From contig SXPJ01000019.1 in assembly GCA_005776395.1 (NCBI GenBank), positions 848 to 64,847 on the forward strand: 64,000 nucleotides of DNA, read 5' to 3'. Origin of the DNA: Bdellovibrionales bacterium (GTDB lineage Bacteria > Bdellovibrionota > FAC87 > UBA2466). The first letter of the stretch is position 1. Each line of letters begins with the position of its first letter. The translations under genes were made by a program, and so were the position numbers. Under the pieces are notes generated by a model, which worked only from the letters and a program-made list of their open reading frames with translations, had not been told where the DNA came from and searched no databases. Of this stretch, positions 28,313-35,712 are shown piece after piece.

Positions 28313-29015
28313 ACATGCTCAGATACATTTGGGCTGATTTGTTTTCAGGATCTAAAAGCAAAGCCTCTTTCCATTCTCGATAAGCCTCTTTCAGTTTTCT
28401 TAACGAGTGATACAAAATTCCCAATTGAATTTTAGCTTCAACATGCTTGAGATTAGACTCCATAGCTTTTTTGAGAAGAGCTAAAGCCCCTTCTTTATTG
28501 CCCGTTTTTGAAAGACATCGCGCCATTTGAATTGCACTTACAATATTGTCTGGTTCTAGATTAAATGCCTTGGAGAATTCATGATGAGCTTCTAAAAATC
28601 GCTCATACTTCATGTAAGCCATTCCCAAAGTAAAATGACTTTTCGCTAGCCCTTGATTAATTCGAGGATCAAATCCAGGCTGAGTATTCTCCAATCTTTT
28701 CTTGGCGTTTTGATAGACTAGAGCTGCCTCTCGGTAATTACCCACATCATTTTGTAGGCTACTTAGGGCAATGGCTGCTTCAGTATGAGAAGGATCAAGT
28801 ACTAGTGCTTTTTTAAAAGCTAATATAGCTTTTTTAAATTTGCCTCGTTTTGTATAAACATTCCCCAGCAAATTGAATGCCTCAGGGGATTGATTATTTA
28901 AAAGGATAGCCTGTTCGAGATTTTTTTCAGCTGAGGAAAGTTGATTTCGATACAAATCCTCGCGAGCTAGCTGTAATAATTCCTCAAGTGTTTGAGTCTG
29001 GGGCATTACCGCCAT
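28254..29015 (-). CDS. tetratricopeptide repeat protein
   Basis: Several TPR units are visible (AFNLLGNVYTKRGKFKKAILAFKKALVLDP, and others). Confidence 0.7.
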   Translation of the reverse strand: MAVMPQTQTLEELLQLAREDLYRNQLSSAEKNLEQAILLNNQSPEAFNLLGNVYTKRGKFKKAILAFKKALVLDPSHTEAAIALSSLQNDVGNYREAALVYQNAKKRLENTQPGFDPRINQGLAKSHFTLGMAYMKYERFLEAHHEFSKAFNLEPDNIVSAIQMARCLSKTGNKEGALALLKKAMESNLKHVEAKIQLGILYHSLRKLKEAYREWKEALLLDPENKSAQMYLSMFEYESPTSSSSVPNEIHHF

Positions 29016-29029
29016 GAGCTATTCCCTCA

Positions 29030-29818
29030 CTAGTTTTTCTTTTTTAACTCTTCAATTAGAGCTTCTGATTCCGCTCGAAAACTGGTTTTAGGGTACTGCG
29101 CTAAAAGCCGTTTAAAAGCATCGCTCGCATTGCTGTACATATGAATATGATAATAACATTGTCCCAATCGGTACAGCGCTTCTTCTTCGTATCCCATATT
29201 AGGAAAGTCCCTTAGGAGTGCTGCGTAGCGATATGACGCAGAAAGATAATGTTTTCGTTGATAATAAAAATGGGCCACGTAGTTTTCATGCTCACCGAGT
29301 TTTTTTCTGGCCTCTAAGCTGTATTCTTTGGCCTTTGCCACAAACTCTGAATTAGGAAACTTTTCTATGAGAACCGCAAAAGCCTCGATCGACCTATTAG
29401 CTGAGCTTAAATCCCTAGCGCTGTTATCAGGAATCTCTTTGTAGTAAGAGAGCCCAATTCTAAATTGAACGTAATCACTTCTTGGATGAGTGGGATGTAA
29501 CTCTTTGAATATTTCGTAAGCGCTTTCAGCCTCGAGATAATTTTCCTGAACAAAATAGGTGTCTGCAATTCTCAGTTCAGAATCCACAGCTCGTGAGCTG
29601 TAGGGAAACCTGTTTTTAATGTCTCGGTACTTTTCAATTGCAATTAAATATCGCTCATCCTTAAAAATGGACTCTGCTTCGTTAAATAGGCTGTCGGGAT
29701 CCTCTTTATTCACCTCTTGACTCGAACAAGAGGCAAAGAAAGCGAGCACAGCCAACAGACCCAAAATTTGGGCTTTTTTAAACGGCCCAAAAGCAAACTT
29801 AAGTATTTGAGATTTCAT
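29030..29818 (-). CDS. bamD: outer membrane protein assembly factor BamD (YfiO-type lipoprotein)
   Basis: The signal and lipobox are LGLLAVLAFFASC, followed by TPR-like BamD repeats (ERYLIAIEKYRDIKNRFPYSSRAVDSELRIADTYF...). The start is taken at the internal ATG at 29818, although the ORF extends to 29932. Confidence 0.7.
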   Translation of the reverse strand: MKSQILKFAFGPFKKAQILGLLAVLAFFASCSSQEVNKEDPDSLFNEAESIFKDERYLIAIEKYRDIKNRFPYSSRAVDSELRIADTYFVQENYLEAESAYEIFKELHPTHPRSDYVQFRIGLSYYKEIPDNSARDLSSANRSIEAFAVLIEKFPNSEFVAKAKEYSLEARKKLGEHENYVAHFYYQRKHYLSASYRYAALLRDFPNMGYEEEALYRLGQCYYHIHMYSNASDAFKRLLAQYPKTSFRAESEALIEELKKKN

Positions 29819-29960
29819 AGCTTTATACGATCCTGGGGACAGTCTATCACAGCTATCCCTAGCAGGAATCATTTTTTTGTTAAGCATTGCGTTAACCCTA
29901 CCGATAAATTGTCTAGGTGCATCACTACACAAAAAGAACCCTTAACTGGAGCAATCTAAC

Positions 29961-30242
29961 ATGAAGTCTTATAACTCTGAATTGGTAGAGGACGTAGAAG
30001 AGTTACTTGAAAAAGTGGTTCTCGAAGAGGTCACTACCGCAGTTTGGAAAACTTTTGAACAGGCCCTCTCTCAACTCGATCCGCAGAGTCGTGAGCTCTT
30101 AGAAAACCACTTAAATGGAACTACTACAGAGCAATTGAGTCAAGAGACTCACCTTCCAGAAAAAGAGATTAAGAACTGGATCAAACAGGTCAAACGACAG
30201 CTTCAACAAAATATTCGAAAAGATTTACGTGTGAGGCAATAA
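29961..30242 (+). CDS. small protein with a sigma-70 region-4-like HTH
   Basis: LSQLDPQSRELLENHLNGTTTEQLSQETHLPEKEIKNWIKQVKRQLQQNI resembles sigma region 4.2. No region 2 is present. Confidence 0.35.
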   Translation: MKSYNSELVEDVEELLEKVVLEEVTTAVWKTFEQALSQLDPQSRELLENHLNGTTTEQLSQETHLPEKEIKNWIKQVKRQLQQNIRKDLRVRQ

Positions 30243-31631
30243 ATGAAATCGCCAGATCATCAAAGTTCTAATCCGGAATTCTCTCAAATATTTAAAGAGC
30301 TTTTAGGATTGCTATTCGAAGAACCTTTTGCTCTAAGCAATGGGTTTGAAAATCTGACACTTGAAGAGATAGGGTTAATTTTAGAAGAGCCTTTCGGAGA
30401 GAATACAGAACTGTCTGGAAGTTATGATTCCTGTAAAAGCACCTATTGTTTAATGCTTTTAGAATTGGAATTAAATGAATTCACAACTCTCCCTTCCATT
30501 CTTAGCGAAAAGGCGCTCAAAGAGATCAAGTCTTTAGCCATTCTACCTGTCATTCCATTGCCATTAAAAATTCCAGAGTTATCGACAATTTTGAAACCTT
30601 CTGAATCCCCTAATATTTCCGAAAAAGTATCAGAGCTTATCTTAAACTTAAACTTCGACCTAGAGAGTGAACCCAAAACTGCACTAAATGAAGTGTCTCC
30701 ATCATTCGAGCCCGAGGAGTTCCACTTCATTACTCCCACAGAACCGATCTCTAAAGATTCTGAAATAATCTCGAGCCTAACTTTAGACCTGGATAGGGAT
30801 CTCAAAAGCTCACCAAATGAACCCCTTCCTAAAGCCCTCCCCACGATGACTCTAGTAGAGCCCATCTCTCTGGAAAGTAACGATCCAAACATTTCACTGA
30901 AAACCTCAAACGACTCAGCCGTAGTTCAACTTATACACTCATCTGAATCCACAAGCCTCTCAACTCCTTTACAAGACCTAGGTAAAGACTATTTTCAAAT
31001 CGCAGAACAATTTAAGTCGAGTTTAAATGCCCCAGAGAAGGTCTTCTCTCAAGAGGCTTGTCATCGAGCCATTATTCAATTTTCGATAGGCGCTTGCGAA
31101 ATTGAAATATTTAATAAAGTTCGAGTCAACCTAGCCTCCATTTGGTCCGACAGGTACGAGCGAATTCAAAATCTGCTTCAACAAGACAGTTTTAAGTTTA
31201 AAGAAAATATCTCTCAAGCTTTTGAGTCTCATGAAAAACAATTTAACCAATGGTTGTACGATGGATATTTTCCTAAACTAGCAGCTCTGCACTGTTTGAA
31301 ATACTTAACGCTGACCCAATCGGTAGACCATTTACATCCCTCGGTATTTGAATTGGGAACTCTCTTTTACTTTTGGAATGCTGTCAGCAATATCGATGAA
31401 GAAAACCTCCAAACCTCATCCCCTTTTGAAGCTCTTAAAGAGTTCTCCCAAGAGCAAGTCATTGAAATAGCCTTTCGTCTTTTCCGGCTCGATCGACTCA
31501 AGGCAAACTCCGGCAATTTCAACCGAAGCTTACCGAATAGAAATTTAGAACTCGCCCAAGAAGATACATTACGAATTATGGATCTTATAAATAATCCCTC
31601 AGTAAATAAGGATTCCAGAGAGGTCGCCTAA
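30243..31631 (+). CDS. acidic hypothetical protein (462 aa)
   Basis: The ATG directly abuts the stop of the upstream gene (TAAATG). The middle contains repeated L.L.L.FDLES.P / LTLDLDRDLKSSP motifs. Confidence 0.4.
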   Translation: MKSPDHQSSNPEFSQIFKELLGLLFEEPFALSNGFENLTLEEIGLILEEPFGENTELSGSYDSCKSTYCLMLLELELNEFTTLPSILSEKALKEIKSLAILPVIPLPLKIPELSTILKPSESPNISEKVSELILNLNFDLESEPKTALNEVSPSFEPEEFHFITPTEPISKDSEIISSLTLDLDRDLKSSPNEPLPKALPTMTLVEPISLESNDPNISLKTSNDSAVVQLIHSSESTSLSTPLQDLGKDYFQIAEQFKSSLNAPEKVFSQEACHRAIIQFSIGACEIEIFNKVRVNLASIWSDRYERIQNLLQQDSFKFKENISQAFESHEKQFNQWLYDGYFPKLAALHCLKYLTLTQSVDHLHPSVFELGTLFYFWNAVSNIDEENLQTSSPFEALKEFSQEQVIEIAFRLFRLDRLKANSGNFNRSLPNRNLELAQEDTLRIMDLINNPSVNKDSREVA

Positions 31632-31635
31632 ACCT

Positions 31636-32205
31636 ATGAAACCTCTTCACTCAAAATTTAATTCCTCCATAGTGGAAGAACTAGATAGGGCTGAAGAAGA
31701 TCACTTAAGAAACTGCCCAGAGGCAGATTTTACTACCCGCTTAGCGGCCTTACTTGTCGATGCAATATTATCTTATCTCGTAATCTCAGGTCTTCAGAAT
31801 CTATGCCGAGCCTTAGGGATTTTACTAAACCACGCCCCCGATGCCTCATGGAGCCCCTATTTCAATCCCCAATTCATCTCTACTTTGAGCCATAACGCCT
31901 CTGAAATAACCTCTTTTATTGAAATTACATCCAAAATACTTTTTGTTTATTTCTATTTTGTAGCTTCAACAAGTCTTGCGGGGGGAACAGCTGGAAAACT
32001 TCTTTTAGGTCTTCGCGTATTAGACATTAATACTGGAAAAAAACTAGGGCCAGGTCGAGTTTTAATTCGTCTTCTTATCGCGCTCATAGCAAATTGCCTT
32101 AGCTTCGGTCTTATTTATTCAATAAGCGCTCTTAAAAAAGATAAAAGAACCTACCATGATGAAGTCACTCGAGCGACCGTGAAAAAAGTGCACGGTGTGA
32201 AATGA
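31636..32205 (+). CDS. RDD family membrane protein
   Basis: RLAALLVDAILSYLV followed by hydrophobic helices and a late D-containing segment (YHDEVT) fits the R-D-D pattern. Confidence 0.6.
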   Translation: MKPLHSKFNSSIVEELDRAEEDHLRNCPEADFTTRLAALLVDAILSYLVISGLQNLCRALGILLNHAPDASWSPYFNPQFISTLSHNASEITSFIEITSKILFVYFYFVASTSLAGGTAGKLLLGLRVLDINTGKKLGPGRVLIRLLIALIANCLSFGLIYSISALKKDKRTYHDEVTRATVKKVHGVK

Positions 32206-33464
32206 TTTTGCTAGTTCCTCTTAATCCCGAGGTTCCTCACCTTTTAAAGCCAAAACTATGGCCCTCGATCCTAATGGTCTGTTGCTTAATCATAGGTTAC
32301 ATTTTTACTAAGGATATTATCAAGGTCGATTGGATCTATGTTGAATCCGTAGAGACTAAACTTGAAAAAAAAGTAGGGAAATCGGCCCATCTAGATCAAG
32401 AGACTGAGAACTACTTAGCCCTTCGACCACTATTAAAAATAGCCCCCTCACAGGCTGACTGGGATATCGAAAGACTTATCAAGGCCAATTTTATCCACGG
32501 ATCACTAACCCACCTCTTACTGAACTCAATTGGTGTTTTTGCCGGCATTCGTATTTGCATGACCTTTATTCCCTTCCTAAGTGCTCTAGTTATTTTTTTG
32601 TTAGGGGGCACAATGGGTCTCTGGATTAGCCTTTTAACATCGCAGCAAATTTCAGATTTCATTCCTCATGTAGGGGCTAGCGCAGGTTTATTCGCGTTAA
32701 TGGGAACCTATTACATATTCAATTTTCGCTTCCGCACACAATATTTTTTTTGGCTTCCCATACGAAGAGGTTTTGTCTCATTAAAAACCTCTTGGTTTTT
32801 TTTTGTTGATGTCATTCTCTTAGAACTTATTCTGTCAGGAGCTCAACTTTTTCCCGATCGAGTCGACAGCGTAGATCACATAGCTCATGTAGTCGGTTTT
32901 TCCTCTGGAATGATTCTTGCTCTGGGTTTACGACTGATACTTCGCTGGCCAGCCTTTCTTCAAACCAGAGCAGAGTACCTTTATTGGCATCTCTTTATTA
33001 AGAAAAGTCCCAGGTTAAAGAACAATAAAATCCATTCCTGGCTAGAGCTTTTAAGACTCAATCGATACAACGATTTTTTAAAACTGCGCCTCTGTAGCTC
33101 CATCAAAAAGACCGCTGTCTCCATTTCTAATCCTGAGCTAAATGAGATCTTTAAATTTTTTGCCCCCACATTCGTAAGATTAAATACCTCGATTGTAACC
33201 CAAGTTATACGAACTCTACTTTTTGAGAACAGACAGATTCCCCAGAGATGGCTTTCAAGAATTCCCTACGATATTTTAATTCGTATAGCAAAGTCCATGG
33301 CGACACAACCCAAACATGAATACTACCTATATCGATTTCTTCTTGAATATAAAAAGGCTCAGGACCTTAATGGCAAAAAGGTCTCTACCGTAGAAAAATT
33401 AATGGCCCGATTGGAATCAGAAATACAAAATTCGAATAGTGCTTCAACTCAAGAGGTAGGCTAA
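32202..33464 (+). CDS. rhomboid family intramembrane serine protease with a C-terminal extension
   Basis: HGSLTHLLLNS (H..xH..N), GASAGLFALMG (the catalytic GxSxG) and HIAHVVGF (the catalytic His). It overlaps the RDD gene through an ATGA junction. Confidence 0.8.
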   Translation: MILLVPLNPEVPHLLKPKLWPSILMVCCLIIGYIFTKDIIKVDWIYVESVETKLEKKVGKSAHLDQETENYLALRPLLKIAPSQADWDIERLIKANFIHGSLTHLLLNSIGVFAGIRICMTFIPFLSALVIFLLGGTMGLWISLLTSQQISDFIPHVGASAGLFALMGTYYIFNFRFRTQYFFWLPIRRGFVSLKTSWFFFVDVILLELILSGAQLFPDRVDSVDHIAHVVGFSSGMILALGLRLILRWPAFLQTRAEYLYWHLFIKKSPRLKNNKIHSWLELLRLNRYNDFLKLRLCSSIKKTAVSISNPELNEIFKFFAPTFVRLNTSIVTQVIRTLLFENRQIPQRWLSRIPYDILIRIAKSMATQPKHEYYLYRFLLEYKKAQDLNGKKVSTVEKLMARLESEIQNSNSASTQEVG

Positions 33465-33525
33465 TTCACTCGACTGAGTCCAATATTCTATCGGCGCTGT
33501 ACTTGTTTGAATTAGAGTTGAGCTA

Positions 33526-35712
33526 TTAGGGACAAACTTCAGTACAACTCGGATAAATATATTCTGAAGGGACATCAAAATTCCCCCGTTCCATTTTGCA
33601 ACGTGAAAGTTGAAAGTGATTTTGACAGGAGTCGCCACAACCGACACTTCGCTTATTCCACATGGGAATTTGCGCATCTGGAGTAACGAAACTATTTTGC
33701 CAACGGAGTAGGCACACTCGAGGGGGGGCGCCGCCCCCTTCCAACGTACAACTGTTATTACATTCTTTTAGGTTGTACGAAACGTCGCCTTGTAAGACTC
33801 CGTTCTTGCAAAGACGCTCGGAAACTTTACATCCTCGACCACAATTATTGACCACGGTACCAAAATATTTATAGCCCTTAATTTTACTCCCCTCGGGAAT
33901 GCTGCCTCCCCAAGGCAACGGGCAGCCAGGGCAATCTAAAATATAGCTTTCAAACCACTGAGGTGGGGCAGCTGAATCATTGGCAGCGCTATAAGGGATG
34001 CCATTCTGCAGTAAGCCTCCATTTTCGCACTTAAAATCAAATGTATGAATCTCAGGCTGATCTCCGCAGCCTATCTTGTCCTTATCATAAAGCGTGCGAG
34101 AGGTGTTATTGGGAAGACTGCCATAGCCTGGCAAGGAACAGCCCGAACAGCTCGACTGATGACAATAGTATTGGTATGGGAAATCGGAAGGCGAAGTATC
34201 AACGGTAGAGCCATCCGTTGTTCGAACCAAAAAACCATTGCTGCATTTTAATGAAATTGAGGGGATCTCATCACAACGAGTTCCACAGGACACCGAGGGT
34301 TGATTTACCAATATGACGGTTTTACCATCCTCGATAGTCCCCAGTGCATTAGGCAGTCCGCACGAACAGCCGGTAGCTTCAGTGCATTGACCGGAGTTAT
34401 GGGTCGAGTCGCCCACAAATTCGTATTGGTAAGATCCATCGGGCTGAACTACTTCGCTACACGTTTTCTCTTGGGCTATTTGTGCACAGGTTTGACCGCA
34501 GGCCGCAATCGTCGACCTGTAGAAAGTCGTCCTATCCCCTACTGGAATTTGTATACCAGGCCGATCGGAAACATTGCAAAGGCAAGGACGTTTATTACAG
34601 CTGGCCGCCGCATAGGTGATATCCCCCGCAAAAACCCCATTCGTACAAGCACGATCCTTAAAATCACAACTCATTCCACACCCTGCGGAACTCTCCTTGG
34701 CAAAACGATGATTATTTCCGTGAAGGATCGAAATCGATGTCCCCGGCACTTTACAACTCACACAGGCCTCTACCGAACACTGATATTTGTGTCCCGAAAA
34801 CACAGGAGTGGAAAAATCTACCACCTGAGTCAGGTTAGCCACGTTCCGGAATTGGCCATTATCGCAAGTCACGGAGACCGAGGGCTTCGCATTACAAGTC
34901 TCGCCACAGGCAACCGTTTGAGCGGTAGAGATTGTTCGAGATTGTCCATGCGCCAGGACACCCAAGCCATTGGGGAGTGTGCAAAAACAATTAGTTGCCT
35001 CACTGCATGTTCGGAATCGATTCGTACTACTTCCATCTAGAACAAACTCTTCCACTCCAGCGGTCGTGCGAGAAATACAGGTGCGAACCTGTGCAAAATC
35101 TGTTTCGCAGGTTTTTCCACAGGTGGATTTCTCAATACCATAGAGTTTGATCGTTCCATTTAAGCTGATAAAGGCTGAGTTATCGGGGAGGGCACAGCGA
35201 CAAGGTTTGCGATTACAGGAGAAAAATTTATACTCGTCTGAACCGGACAAAACACCAGAGTTGCAGGTGCGTAGCTGCTTTAGAGTTTCACAGCTATCGG
35301 TACAACCTACCATATCACTCTTATAAACCTCCACGGTTTCACCTGACAAAATCAGATTCTGTCCTAACGAACATGAAGGGCATTCTTGGACTTCACACTT
35401 GAAAAATTTTCCCGTCAACTCCTTGTCAAAGAGTCCATTATTACATGTCAGCTCCTCAGAGTATTTTCCACAGCCCTCTTTGCAAGTCACTGTGTCTTTG
35501 GCATAAACCATTATCTTTGAACCATGTGCAACGCTACCGACGGGAGTATCACAGGGGCATTGGCCTTTATCGCAAGATTGTTTGCTTAAAATCGTTTGAT
35601 TTTTCTGAACCGCATCCGATTTTTCTTTTACCTTGGTCATACAGCCGGAAAAAAATAATAGGGCCAGTAATCCACTAGTCGTCAGAAAAGATTTCAACTT
35701 GAACGAGATCAT
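33526..35712 (-). CDS. cysteine-rich tandem-repeat lipoprotein (728 aa, about 11 six-Cys modules)
   Basis: The lipobox is LLFFSGC. It contains repeated modules C-x(1,2)-C-x(~20-24)-C-G-x-x-C-x(7-9)-C-x(14-30)-C. The ATG overlaps the upstream stop (ATGA). Confidence 0.75.
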   Translation of the reverse strand: MISFKLKSFLTTSGLLALLFFSGCMTKVKEKSDAVQKNQTILSKQSCDKGQCPCDTPVGSVAHGSKIMVYAKDTVTCKEGCGKYSEELTCNNGLFDKELTGKFFKCEVQECPSCSLGQNLILSGETVEVYKSDMVGCTDSCETLKQLRTCNSGVLSGSDEYKFFSCNRKPCRCALPDNSAFISLNGTIKLYGIEKSTCGKTCETDFAQVRTCISRTTAGVEEFVLDGSSTNRFRTCSEATNCFCTLPNGLGVLAHGQSRTISTAQTVACGETCNAKPSVSVTCDNGQFRNVANLTQVVDFSTPVFSGHKYQCSVEACVSCKVPGTSISILHGNNHRFAKESSAGCGMSCDFKDRACTNGVFAGDITYAAASCNKRPCLCNVSDRPGIQIPVGDRTTFYRSTIAACGQTCAQIAQEKTCSEVVQPDGSYQYEFVGDSTHNSGQCTEATGCSCGLPNALGTIEDGKTVILVNQPSVSCGTRCDEIPSISLKCSNGFLVRTTDGSTVDTSPSDFPYQYYCHQSSCSGCSLPGYGSLPNNTSRTLYDKDKIGCGDQPEIHTFDFKCENGGLLQNGIPYSAANDSAAPPQWFESYILDCPGCPLPWGGSIPEGSKIKGYKYFGTVVNNCGRGCKVSERLCKNGVLQGDVSYNLKECNNSCTLEGGGAPPRVCLLRWQNSFVTPDAQIPMWNKRSVGCGDSCQNHFQLSRCKMERGNFDVPSEYIYPSCTEVCP

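Noticed and set aside
34300-35040. 246-aa plus-strand ORF, and several other 60-125-aa ORFs, antisense to the Cys-repeat genes.
   Set aside because: They lie fully inside much longer minus-strand genes with a clear repeat architecture and signal peptides. Their translations are low-complexity (R/T/S/G-rich), as expected from the antisense of GC-richer coding DNA.
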